Assembly: GCA_002269645.1 (NCBI GenBank)
Contig: NIVC01000094.1
Span: 124,001-188,000 of the forward strand
Direction of reading: 5' to 3'
DNA: 64,000 nt
DNA from: Macrostomum lignano
Taxonomy: Eukaryota
Positions 13,307 to 24,115 of this stretch are shown piece after piece (position 1 is the stretch's first letter; every line of letters begins with the position of its first letter). A program made the translations under genes and the position numbers. The notes under the pieces were generated by a model. It was not told where the DNA came from. It searched no databases and was given only the letters and a program-made list of their open reading frames with translations.

Positions 13307-13851
13307 TAACGATGTTGATATTTATATTTAAAAAAATAATTTAGTATTAATAATGTGTCTTTAGTATTATATTAATTTATTTATTACTCATTAGTGAATT
13401 TATAAGTTATTCAATATGTACGCTTAAAATTTGTTTTACTATATCCTTCATGGAAATATGAGTATTGCATTATTTAAAAGACAATTAAATTGCGATTTTG
13501 CGCTCTACTTTTGTTGGTCTTGTGCGTGCTTTTCGGTTGGTCTGCCGCGTGGTGCCTTTTTGCTATAACTTATTACCAATAATTTAATGGCAATAGTTTA
13601 AATCTTGTCAGTTCAAATAAATAATACAATTAAATACAATCAGTCAAATTTCAAATATAATACTCTCTTGCTTGCTACGAAGACTCAATTTATTATTGAT
13701 ATTGCATTTGCATAGCCATCAGCACCGAACAAAGAAGGGTTACGTCACAGATGCCTGGAATAAAAGATCTACTTGTGCCTTGCTTAGGCATAGCCATAAG
13801 ATATATAGTGTAGAATACACCTATGAAGCCCTTGTTAGATAAATGGCTTAC

Positions 13852-14373
13852 AATCAAGACCTAATCAATAGTATAAGCCTATTTCTTTTATTGTTAGACA
13901 GCTAGATGCTAGCCTAGGCCTATATGATATTGATAAATCTTGCTTATCCCAAAAATTAGTAGGCCCTATTAAAGCCAGATCAGGCTCTAAGATTTAAGAT
14001 ACTATACGAGATTATGAGCTATACTAAAAAGGTATAATATTTCATATAATTAATTAATACTCACTAAAGGAAAAAACAAAACCCTAGTGACGTCGTTATA
14101 AACAATGTTACTGAGGCTATTGTCAAAAGAAATATCTTGCGAACATCAAATGGGATGTCAATAGGTTGAACAGTGACAGAGTGAAGTGAAGAGTAGAGTA
14201 TCAAGTCCTGAAGTTAGACGACGATAGGTCGAATTGAAAGTGGAATAAAGAACTGATAATTTTTAATAGATTATTATTAATTAATATATTAATACTAAAT
14301 CATATTTTTACTGAGTGGCAACTGCTGCATATTAGGCCTGTAAATAGCTGCATGTGAAAACTTATATTTGTTT
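13852..14373. repeat. Left copy of a ~520-bp direct duplication flanking the LINE block
   Basis: Near-identical to 17330-17893. Confidence 0.92.
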
Positions 14374-14477
14374 TTTTTAGTAGTAGTAAGTTTGGCTCAG
14401 GCGAGAAGCCTGTTTGGCCAGTATATGTCAGTGTATTTATATTAATATTATTTCGATAGAATGGGATCTGTGCGGCG

Positions 14478-15250
14478 AGTAGTAGTAGTAGTAGTAGTAA
14501 GTTGGCTCAGGCAAGAAGCCTGTTTGGCCAATATATTTCTGTGTATAGTGTATTTAAGATTACTTCAGGAATAGGAGACAATATTTTAGCACTAGTTATT
14601 TAATTATGATTAGTACGAGTTTTGCAATATGGTATTTTAAAAGAACGCGGAAATGTTATTGACGATACTTGGACGACTAACGAAGCGAAAGAAAAAGCAA
14701 GGAGTTAAAAAAGTATTGCGTGAAATTTATGTATGTAGTTGGTGGTATTGCACGAAGCAGCTTAGTCCTTACGTTATAAAAGTAAATTTATATAGATATT
14801 AATTAGATGACAACAAAATTGAATACAATATAAAATTTGAAAGAGCGTGAAAAACGAACGAAAAATGAACAAAAACGAACTTCGAAAGAACTTTACGTTA
14901 AACGAATAACGACGATTTAAATAGGTATTAGATAGGAAACTAATTAAATACTAATTAAATGCTAATTAAATAGGAAATTAAAAAGACAGTAAATGAATAA
15001 ACAAAAGAAAAGCGGATTTATTACACTGCTGATATGTCTGTTTCAGTTTGCATAACTGTTTTAGCTATTCATGACTTCATATATTTTAGCTACACCAGTG
15101 AGCTCTTTTCTGATTCTTTTTTCATTTGTAGCATATCCTAACTTGTGTACTTGCTTGTCATTTAAGAGGTACTGACAGAAGTATTTTTTTCTGATCTTTT
15201 CAGTTTGCGGACATTCGGACATTCGGAGTTTTACAATAATATAGTATTTG
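14478..15250 (-). mobile_element. 3' fragment of a second, divergent LINE (C-terminal codons, 3' UTR and (TAC)n tail)
   Basis: 15216-15061 translates to ECPQTEKIRKKYFCQYLLNDKQVHKLGYATNEKRIRKELTGVAKIYEVMNS*, homologous to the C-terminus of ORF 15741-16655 (ECVGILDVRKKYF...LGYATNENKNKKDLLAIEKIY); (TAC)n tract at 14478-14499. Confidence 0.7.
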
Positions 15251-15262
15251 AAAGGGCGCCAA

Positions 15263-17329
15263 TTTTTTTTTTCTTCTACGAAACTTCAAAAATCTTTAAC
15301 GGCAAACAAAGCAAAAAGTATTTAAGTAAGGAATTAAAAGACAAGTATGGTGTCACTTGAATCCGTAGGTGATAAAAATAAGTTTATATGTATTAATCAG
15401 ACAAAAAAATCAGATGAAAGGATTGCTGGCAATTATTAGGCATTAAATATGAAGGGTATTTTTGAAGCAAATATGTAAGAAAGAAATAACCAAAAAGAGT
15501 GCTTAAATAAAAATAAGGCGCGATTAGAAAAAGAAAATTTTTACCTAAATAAACGCGTAATACGGGATAGATTGCACCGGTATTGTTTACACGAAGAGGG
15601 GTAGGGACTTAATAGCAAGAGATGCATAGTAGCAAGAGGGAATAGCAAGTAAAGTATCAAGGTAACCAGGGATTCAATTGGTGTAAGACGGTCAGCAATC
15701 AGCGTGGTACACATGGTGTTCTCTATAATTTTCATGTCGGTTAAGGAGGGAGATTTGCTATGAGTTTATAGATCTTCTCAATAGCTAGCAAATCTTTTTT
15801 ATTTTTGTTTTCGTTTGTAGCATAGCCTAAACTGTAAAAGTGTCTTGTGCTCAGGTGGCTTTGGTTAAAGTATTTTTTCCTGACATCTAGTATACCGACA
15901 CATTCAGTTGTATAGTGTAAGATATTATTGCCTGAATCTCTGCCACAAAGTTTGCATTTTTCTTGGGTGTATTTGCTTGGTAAGAACTCAGTTTTAAGCT
16001 TAAGCAGAATTTCTAGGAGTTTTTTATTTCTAAAAATACTGGGAAAGTAGTTTTTTAAGTTAGGCTTGAAAATATTCTTATAGATGAAGCAATTTTTGTA
16101 ATGCATGACTTTCGCGTGGTTTTCTATTTTTTTGAAGAGTTCACGCTCCCAGGAGATGAGTAGTTGTGTGGTCATTGTTGTTTTATCTTTGTTGTAGCTG
16201 TCACCAGGGTCCGATGTTTGTAAATTAAGCAGGTGAGATAAACCAAGGTTTTGTAGTTTTTTAGTGATGTTGGTTTTCCATGGGTTGTTTGGGCAGTTGT
16301 TTGATTCGAAGATGCCTATAGTGGTACTATTCAGTTTTTTATGTTTGATTTTGAGCCAGTATGTAAGAAAAAAGTTCGAGATGGTAAGTGAGATAGGTGT
16401 TAAATTAAGTTCTGCGTATAAAACAGAGTTGCAGGTACTTTTAGGTAGGTTAAGGAGGTATTTGTAGAAATTTGTTTGGATTTTGTCGATGTTCTTGAGT
16501 TCAGTACAGGTTGCTAGAGGTCCCCAGATTTCACAACCATACGTTATAACTGGTGTGACCAAAGAATTAAATAGTCTACTGATAAGTATAATACCCAGCG
16601 TGGTGTCTTTTACTTTGTGTAGCAGTGAAAACATGGCGGAGTTACCTTGTTTCATCTGATAAGCAATGCATTTTTAAAAACTATTATTGGGTTCAAAGAT
16701 GATTCCCAGGTATTTAAATTCATTTACTTCTTCTATCTGTTGCATTTCGTAAAGAATTTCGGTGTCGTTTTGCATTTGCTTGTTTTTACCCTTGCAGGCT
16801 TGCATGTATTTTGTTTTGCTGGCATTTATTTTGAGGTAGTTCTGTCTACAGTAGGTTTCCATTGTGCGGAACATGTGTTGGAGGTCAGTTTTGTTTTTGC
16901 TTAGTATGGCTTGATCATCTGCGAAGAGTAGTATATGTGGATAAGGGGGTGCAACGAAAAAATTTCGATAAGTAGAGGTTTCAAGGTATTCAACTAAGTC
17001 ATTGATATAGATCTCAAAGAGAACGGTAGATAGTGGGTTACCTTGAAGTACACCTTTGTTGATTGGGATGGGCTCAGATAAGTCGCCGTTTTTTTGCAGG
17101 AGGAAGCATGCATTTTCATGCATGTTCTCGATTAGGTTCATCATCTTTCCTTTGATACCTTGGTTGGCTGTTTTGTACCAGAGTGTTGGTTGGTTAATAC
17201 TATCAAATGCTTTTTCATAGTCAATGAAACCGATAAAAAGGGTCTCTTTTTCACCGCAGGTTTTATTAATAATGTTGTATAGATTAAAGCACTGGTCAAT
17301 TGTGCTATGATTCTCAAGACCTAAGACCT
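15263..17329 (-). mobile_element. 5'-truncated non-LTR retrotransposon (L2/CR1-like group), RT pseudogene
   Basis: RT motifs FIDYEKAFDSI, KGVLQGNPLS, LFADD and KYLG; one in-frame TAA at 16674-16676; C-terminal C-x2-C...H...C; poly(A) at about 15263-15272. Confidence 0.85.
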
Positions 17330-17893
17330 AATCAAGACCTAATCAATAGTATAAGCCTATTTCTTTTGTTGTTAGACAGCTAGACGCTAGCCTAGGCCTA
17401 TATGATGTTGATAAATCTTGCTTATCCCAAAAATTAGTAGGCCCTATTAAAGCCAGATCAGGCTCTAAGATTTAAGATACTATACGAGATTATGAGCTAT
17501 ACTAAAAAGGTATAATATTTCATATAATTAATTAATACTAAATTAATACTATTAATACTATTAATTAATACTATTAATTAATACTAAAGGAAAAAACAAA
17601 ACCCTAGTGACGTCGTTATAAACAATGTTACTGAGGCTATTGTCAAAAGAAATATCTTGCGAACATCAAATGGGATGTCAATAGGTTGAACAGTGACAGA
17701 GTGAAGTGAAGAGTAGAGTATCAAGTCCTGAAGTTAGACGACGATAGGTCGAATTGAAAGTGGAATAAAGAACTGATAATTCTTAATAGATTATTATTAA
17801 TTAATATATTAATACTAAATCATATTTTTACTGAGTGGCAACTGCTGCATATTAGGCCTGTAAATAGCTGCATGTGAAAACTTATATTTGTTT
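17330..17893. repeat. Right copy of the ~520-bp direct duplication (with an internal TTAATAC-type expansion)
   Basis: Near-identical to 13852-14373. Confidence 0.92.
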
Positions 17894-18392
17894 ATTGTGG
17901 CTGCTAAAAATTCAAAAGTTGAACTGTTATGTACTTTACATACTATGACTTGTAGGTTCAGTAAAAGGGTTTGTAACTACTTATAGTAACGTACTACATG
18001 TAGAAATGGAATTTTTAGTTACATAAATTGTTACATTCTGAAAACATTTAGTTTAAGCGGATAAGCCTCTTTGTTCACTTTGGTGAGGAAGCGACACCCA
18101 GTCTGTCGCGTCCTACTTTCTTCTACACAGTTAACCTGCTCTTGTTTAGAAAACTTGGGATCTGACTTTTGGTGTTACAGTTTTCCTTTAAGTCTTGTCT
18201 ATATCTGCCCGTGCACGGTATCATTTTGGCCGCAAGAATACAACTGCTACCAACTCAAACTGCTACCAAACTCAAACTGCTACTTACTTACTTGACTTAG
18301 CTGCAGGGCGGTCCGAAGACGCAGCGGGGAGGCGAGCGTCGCCCATTCCGCTAATCCCTGAAAGACCCGCATAGGCTAGGGCGCGGGGCCGG

Positions 18393-21300
18393 TCAGGGAG
18401 GTCTGCCGGTCCTGTCTGCAGCGTTGTCTTCGGTGGGGAAGACGGAGGCTCGCTTGGTGGCCCGGAGGAACCGGATGAGCCGTGGGATGTTCTCGGGCCG
18501 GCAAACGTCGTCCAGGGACGGGTTGGGCCCGAGGTGGTTGAGCCGGTCTCGGTTGAAGGCCGGGCAGTAGCAGACGAAGTGCATGGCATCTTCATTCTCG
18601 AGGCTGCAGAAGGGGCAGAGTTCACTCCGGCGAACACATCGGAGGAAGCAGTGCCTGGCAAAGCAACCGTGACCTGTGAAGGTCATAGTGAGAGCGCGGA
18701 TATCTTTTCGATTTTGATTCAAAAGGATTCTCCGCAGCTTGAGGGACGGATTGGGCACTGCCGCACGAGATTGGCGGCAGTTGGAGATACCATCCCATCT
18801 GCGCAAGTGCAGGATGTCCGCCCAGTCGTTAATCTGACGATTAATGACTGTGGCGGGGATGGGGGCCAGGGGCACGGGGCCAAGGGGCGAGCCGGAACAG
18901 CCCGCCTTAGCGAGGGAGTCGGCGAGCTCGTTACCTTTGAAGCCGGCGTGTCCTGGGATCCACGTGAGCCGGACGGTGTTCCTCCGAGCCAGCTTGTTGA
19001 GCTGCCCGATACAGTCGCGGACTGTTCGGGAGTTCGTAGTGGTGTGACACAGGGCCTGTAAAGCGGCCTGGCTGTCAGAGTGGAAGAAGATTCTTCTGTC
19101 CTTGAAGTCCTTGCGGTGGAGCTCAGCTGCACAGGAGCTGATGGCAAGGACTTCATTCTGGAAGACGCTGGAGAGTCTGCCAGTGTGTTGGGCGTGAGTA
19201 GCAATCACGCGGCCGTTGATAAGGATGCAGACTCCAAAGCCGGATAAACCGTCTTTGGAGGATCCGTCAGTGAAGCAGTGAACCTCCTGAGGGGCCCAGC
19301 TGTCGTTGGCGTTCTCCCTGGAGGGGATCGTGACCTTGAAGCGTTGGTAGAGGTTGAGGGAGCGCGGTTCAGCGTCCGAAAGGACAGCCGCACTCCCACT
19401 CTCCTCCAGAACTTTAAGGCACAGGTCAGAGTGCGGCAGGAGCTTGCGCTTCGCCATCGCTCTTTGTGGCTTGAAGCTAACACCAGCCTCGATGAGCCGG
19501 CGGGTGGTTTTAGCAGCCTCGCGACGGACAAAGATGTCCAGAGGCGGGAGGCAGAGAAAGGCGTTGAGGCCGTCAAAGGGAGCAGAGAGCGGGGCATTCA
19601 GGATCATGCGGCACGCACGTCCCTGCACCTTTTTGAGGGCTTCGTGGCAGGTTTTAATCTGCAAGGCGCTGGTCCAGACCAGGCCGGCGTATGTAACGGC
19701 CGGTCGGACCATTGCGGTATAGATCCACCAGAGACGCTTTGGGGTGAGGCCCCAGGTGGTGCCGACGGCTCTGCGCAGCTGCGCAAGAATCGCGAGGGCT
19801 TTTTTGGTTTTGGCCTGGACGTGGGTGGACCAGCTCAGCCGGTGGTCCAGCGTAACGCCGAGACACTTGGTTTGCTTGCAGGATGGAATTTCCACCCCGT
19901 AAAGCTTTAGTGGGCGAATACGCCAGTTTACCCTGCTGGTGAACATGATCGCGACAGTTTTGGTCTCGGAGAGCCTGAGGCCGCACCTGTCCGCCCAACG
20001 TTCAGCAGAGCGAATGAAGTTTTGCAAAAGATCTCTAAGGGTTTCAGGTGACGGTCCGGATGCCACGGCTGTGACATCATCGGCGTAACCGACCTTGAGG
20101 ATGGGGTCAAGATGGCTGTCCTGGAGGAGCTCATCGATGACCATGTTCCAGAGAACTGGAGAGAGGACACCGCCCTGGGGGCTGCCTTTGCAGACGGTTA
20201 CCGTCCGTTGGTGGCCCAACAGGTGTGCGGTGGCAGTACGGTGGCTGATCATATACATGATCCACCGGGTGAGGTGCGAGTGGGTTCCTCTAGCACGTAG
20301 AGCTCTGTCAAAGGCCTCAAAGAGGACATTATCGAAGGCTCCAACAATGTCGAGGAAGACAGCGAGAGCGTAGCCATTACCAAGAACGGCTTTCTCCAGC
20401 ATGTCAACCAGAACGTGAAGCGCGCTCTCCGTGGACCTGCCTGCCCGAAAGGCATGCTGGTTCTCACTGAGCGGCTTGTTCTTCAGTTCCACAGAGAGGA
20501 GGCGCCAGAGCACCAGTCTCTCTAACAGCTTCACCAATGAGGAGGTGAGGCTAATTGGTCTGAAGGATTTAATGGACCGGTAGTCCGGTCGGCCAGGCTT
20601 GGGGATAAAGACCACCTTGGCCTCGGTCCAGGATTTCGGAACAAAGCCGAGCACAATGCAGGCTTTCAGAAGCCGGCAAAGGTTCCGCAGGAAACCGGTG
20701 CATTTCACCGCCTCCCGCAGGAAGGCTGGCACAACGCCGTCCGGTCCTGGGGATTTGAAGGGTTTGAAGGAGGAGACAGCTTTAGTAACGCGGTCCTCCG
20801 TGATGATTGAGTCAGCCAGTACGTGTCCGCCCACTGAGTGGTCAGGGGGGCCGGGCCTAGCTGGCTCGTTCGGGAAAAACGCTGTTAGCATCGCTTCCAG
20901 TGTTTCTCCTGGGTTCTCAGTGAGCGAGCCGTCGGCTCTCTTGACTGAGGAGAGTTTGGACATTTTGTCCAGGGTGAGGGCTTTAACGATTCTGGAGGTG
21001 GGGCGGGAGCCCTCAAGTTCCTCACAGTATTCGCGCCACTTGTTGGTTTTGGCGTTCCTAACCTGCCTCTTGAACTCGTGGATAGAGTTCAGGTAGGCGG
21101 TTTGGTCGGCCGGGTTTTTAGTTTTTTGGGCCCTGCGGTGAAGCCTTTTGGCTCTGCGACGGAGGTCGCCAAGCTGCGGGTTCCACCATGGGGCCGACTG
21201 TTTGCCTTTATATGCCTTTAGTGGGCATGAGGCTTCGAAGGCAGCAGTGAGCGAGTCCGTAAGTGCGGCCGCAAATTCATCTGCTTCTTCGCAGGTGTTG

Positions 21301-22097
21301 ATGGAGACTGGAGCGCTAGTGCAACGATAGGTCTCCTCCAGGGCAAGCCTGAAGGCGGTCCAGTCGGTATTCCTAGCATTCCGTTTCCAGTAAAGCTGGC
21401 CTGCGTTACGGGCGCTGGCCAGCGTGAAAGAGATGAACTTGTGATCGGAGAGGGACGCCTCAGGAAGCACCCGCCATTCCCTAGTGCTCTGGAAGAGCCT
21501 GGGCGTGGCGAGGGTGGCATCCAGCACCTCCGATCGGCGTCCGTTATTGAAGGTAGGGGTACTACCCGAGTTACAGAACTCAAGGGTTGTAGTAGCAATA
21601 TAAGCCAGGAAGTCTTCACCTCTCTGGTTTATATCAGAACTGCCCCAGTGGGTGTGGTGGGCATTGATGTCACCTGCCACGAGCAGCTCATAGTTTCTGG
21701 TGGAGCAGAGCTCGACCAGTGTGACAAGCTCTACTGGGATCATCTCGCCGTCGCCCGGTAGGTAAACCGAGGCGATGAGGGTAGTCCTCCCAGGGAGTAT
21801 GTCTTCAGACTGGATGACACAGATGTCCCTGGTGGACAGGTCTGATCTGAGCCATGCGTTAATAGAACTGGACACCATGATGCAGGATCTTGGTGCCAGG
21901 TTTCCCTCCCGGGTACCAGCGGTTAAACACTGGTAGCCGGTGGGGACATGTTGGGGGCTGCCCCTAAGCGTCCAAGGTTCCTGGATAAGGATAATCCCTG
22001 GCACGTATTGGTCAGTGTGCTTCAAGAGGTTGACTGAAGCAGCAATGCTGTGCTGCAGGTTGACCTGCAAGCAGTGGATGCCCTGGGAGACAGTCAT
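18393..22097 (-). CDS. ORF2: AP endonuclease, reverse transcriptase, RNase H and C-terminal CCHC finger
   Basis: QVNLQH, IQEPW, GDINAHH, SDH (APE); PQGGVLSP, YADD (RT); [18 protein letters not shown] (RNase H); CPFC...H...C. Confidence 0.96.
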   Translation of the reverse strand: MTVSQGIHCLQVNLQHSIAASVNLLKHTDQYVPGIILIQEPWTLRGSPQHVPTGYQCLTAGTREGNLAPRSCIMVSSSINAWLRSDLSTRDICVIQSEDILPGRTTLIASVYLPGDGEMIPVELVTLVELCSTRNYELLVAGDINAHHTHWGSSDINQRGEDFLAYIATTTLEFCNSGSTPTFNNGRRSEVLDATLATPRLFQSTREWRVLPEASLSDHKFISFTLASARNAGQLYWKRNARNTDWTAFRLALEETYRCTSAPVSINTCEEADEFAAALTDSLTAAFEASCPLKAYKGKQSAPWWNPQLGDLRRRAKRLHRRAQKTKNPADQTAYLNSIHEFKRQVRNAKTNKWREYCEELEGSRPTSRIVKALTLDKMSKLSSVKRADGSLTENPGETLEAMLTAFFPNEPARPGPPDHSVGGHVLADSIITEDRVTKAVSSFKPFKSPGPDGVVPAFLREAVKCTGFLRNLCRLLKACIVLGFVPKSWTEAKVVFIPKPGRPDYRSIKSFRPISLTSSLVKLLERLVLWRLLSVELKNKPLSENQHAFRAGRSTESALHVLVDMLEKAVLGNGYALAVFLDIVGAFDNVLFEAFDRALRARGTHSHLTRWIMYMISHRTATAHLLGHQRTVTVCKGSPQGGVLSPVLWNMVIDELLQDSHLDPILKVGYADDVTAVASGPSPETLRDLLQNFIRSAERWADRCGLRLSETKTVAIMFTSRVNWRIRPLKLYGVEIPSCKQTKCLGVTLDHRLSWSTHVQAKTKKALAILAQLRRAVGTTWGLTPKRLWWIYTAMVRPAVTYAGLVWTSALQIKTCHEALKKVQGRACRMILNAPLSAPFDGLNAFLCLPPLDIFVRREAAKTTRRLIEAGVSFKPQRAMAKRKLLPHSDLCLKVLEESGSAAVLSDAEPRSLNLYQRFKVTIPSRENANDSWAPQEVHCFTDGSSKDGLSGFGVCILINGRVIATHAQHTGRLSSVFQNEVLAISSCAAELHRKDFKDRRIFFHSDSQAALQALCHTTTNSRTVRDCIGQLNKLARRNTVRLTWIPGHAGFKGNELADSLAKAGCSGSPLGPVPLAPIPATVINRQINDWADILHLRRWDGISNCRQSRAAVPNPSLKLRRILLNQNRKDIRALTMTFTGHGCFARHCFLRCVRRSELCPFCSLENEDAMHFVCYCPAFNRDRLNHLGPNPSLDDVCRPENIPRLIRFLRATKRASVFPTEDNAADRTGRPP

Positions 22098-22099
22098 GT

Positions 22100-23629
22100 C
22101 TACTGTCCAGGGGAGGAGAAAAGCAACTCATTCTCAGCCTCATCGGTGAGAGTTGAGTCGCCAATTTCCATTGGCTCAGGCTCAGCCGCCTCCCCAGCCG
22201 CCGCGGAGGCGGACACGGCGCCCACGGCAGGTGAGTCACCTAGCCGCGCTACACCGCCCTCCTCCCCAGCGACTGGGGTACGGCTGCTGCCTTCGCCTTG
22301 CGCCCCGCCGTCGGGAGTCTGAGCTCGGCCGGCAGCGTCCTCCTGGTGGTAATCCCACCAGTTGGAAGGCTGAGCCGTGCCGTCGTCCAGTTCCCTCGGC
22401 TGGCTTTCAGTGTTTTTTCGAGCGGCACGAGTCTGCTCGAGGTGAAGTCTCAGAGACTGAGCTTCGTCAAGTGCGCGCTGGATTAGACCGGACCGCCGGC
22501 TACTGCGGGCGGGTCTACGTCCGCGCGAGGCGGACTCAGCAGCGCGAATAGCCTTGTTAGGCTCGGGATCGGGTTGCTGCTGCCGCTTGGCCGGCGGGGC
22601 ATGAGCCCCAGCTCCGGGAGCGGCGCGCTTCCCGTCTTTCTTGGTCTCCACCTTGCCCTCCTCACAGCGGAGGATGGTCAGTTGATGGAGACCAAGGTGG
22701 AGGTTTGTGCCGTGCGGTAGCCGCTTGGCCCATCCCTCCGTCAGGCCGAGGATGACTGTGGCCCCGGTCGTGCCCTTGCGGACCGTGCTGTGGTACACAA
22801 GACCACTGGCGTCGAGATCCGGGTGCCGCTTGAGCAGGAGCTGCCGCAGCTGCTCCCCGGACTTGATTGCACTGTCGGCCGGGACCCAAATCCGATGGCG
22901 GATGGTCTTCGGCCGCTCGCTCTCCAAGGCGAAGGTCAGCTGGCCCAGGTCGCTGTGCCAGTCGAACTTGGGCAGCTGATCCCGCAGGAGCTGGGTGCTC
23001 TCCTCGGATTTGCACCACAGTAGGATGCACCCGTTCGCCTTGGTGGACTTGACGATGTCCACGAAGGCGCCCTCCAGGGTTAGATTGAGCAAGCCCTCGT
23101 CGATGGTACGCCACGCGACGTCGAGCTGCTCGGGCGTCAGGTCGAAATCCCCGCCGAGGATCATCACGGCGGGTTGCAGCGGCTGCTTGACCTTGGACGC
23201 GTAGGACTCGGAGGTCTTGAGCGGGGCCGCTTTGTCTTTGGAAGGCGGTAGGCCGGCAGGGTTGCCCCCCTGAGAGCCCGAGGACACGGCGGTTCCTGAC
23301 GGCCCAGCCGCGCCACCGGACTCCCCAGAGGGCCTCCCCGCTGCGGTGGCTCCCGAAGGCCTCACCGCGGCTTGCGTGCCCTCCTCAGACGCAGCAGCAG
23401 CCCGCTTCTCCTGCCGCTTACGGTTGCGGCGGATGTTCCGCTGTCGTCGAGACTCGGCCGTGCGCGGTCGGCTAGACTGGCGGCCAGGGTGATCGGCGGC
23501 AGCGTCAGCTGGCCCGGTTGGACCAGGTTGGGCGTTGGTGCTACCAGTGGTAGCTACCGGAGCGGCTGATCCCGGTGAGCCAGAGGCGACCGGGTCAGTT
23601 TCTTTAGGGATGGTGGCGTTAGTGGCCAT
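22100..23629 (-). CDS. ORF1 (gag-like) of the LOA-group element, without CCHC knuckles
   Basis: 509-aa ORF ending 2 nt before the ORF2 ATG; low-complexity ends, central domain alignable with ORF1 of copy 2. Confidence 0.88.
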   Translation of the reverse strand: MATNATIPKETDPVASGSPGSAAPVATTGSTNAQPGPTGPADAAADHPGRQSSRPRTAESRRQRNIRRNRKRQEKRAAAASEEGTQAAVRPSGATAAGRPSGESGGAAGPSGTAVSSGSQGGNPAGLPPSKDKAAPLKTSESYASKVKQPLQPAVMILGGDFDLTPEQLDVAWRTIDEGLLNLTLEGAFVDIVKSTKANGCILLWCKSEESTQLLRDQLPKFDWHSDLGQLTFALESERPKTIRHRIWVPADSAIKSGEQLRQLLLKRHPDLDASGLVYHSTVRKGTTGATVILGLTEGWAKRLPHGTNLHLGLHQLTILRCEEGKVETKKDGKRAAPGAGAHAPPAKRQQQPDPEPNKAIRAAESASRGRRPARSSRRSGLIQRALDEAQSLRLHLEQTRAARKNTESQPRELDDGTAQPSNWWDYHQEDAAGRAQTPDGGAQGEGSSRTPVAGEEGGVARLGDSPAVGAVSASAAAGEAAEPEPMEIGDSTLTDEAENELLFSSPGQ

Positions 23630-23877
23630 AGCTGAAAAGCGGGGGAGGGCTACTCGTTATGCGAGTTGAGTACCCGACTGGCCGACACCTCAAGCCAGCC
23701 GGTTTGAAAAAAGGACCGCTAGCGACCGGACTACTCCCCGGCCTTCCAGCCCATCGGCACGGTCAAACACCTTAGGCATTAGAGGGTACGTTAAGCAGTA
23801 CCACGGCCTGCAGGCTGGTGAGCCAGACCCGCATACCCAAATTCGGCCGAAGCCACTGGATAGGGTCGCCAGCGCCG

Positions 23878-24115
23878 GAGCCCAGTCTGTCCAGCAGCCC
23901 TAGGGTCTGCCTTGAACACACGCGGGGACGAGTACCCCTGGGTCGACTTGCGAGACAGCGTGGGGGAGTCTGCGGCTGCCAGAGGCAAATAGAGGGTGCA
24001 GACCTCCCACCAGCCTTGACCTGCTGAAGATGGGGGCAGGCGTGAAGCATCGCAGACCTTAGCTCGTAGGCCTAGTCTGTCTCATACTTCACTGGCTGAA
24101 TACGCCTTCGCGTGC
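23878..24115 (-). ncRNA. HDV-like self-cleaving ribozyme at the 5' end of element copy 1
   Basis: P1 GCACGCG/CGCGUGU (G1.U wobble), P2 CCCAG/CUGGG, P3 GGG/CCC, L3 UACUCGU, P1.1 AC/GU, P4 GGCAG...CUGCU, J4/2 CAGA (catalytic C at 23889). All elements occur in the canonical order. Confidence 0.85.

Larger units (their letters stand above)
18284..24115 (-). mobile_element. Full-length non-LTR retrotransposon, LOA/R1 group (I superfamily), copy 1
   Basis: 15-bp TSD AACTCAAACTGCTAC at 18269-18283 and 24116-24130; intact ORF1 and ORF2; (AAGT)-type 3' tail. Confidence 0.95.

Noticed and set aside
18534-23569. Antisense and alternate-frame ORFs over LOA copy 1 (and similarly 36141-41352 for copy 2)
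   Set aside because: Shadows of GC-rich ORF1/ORF2 with no recognisable motifs.
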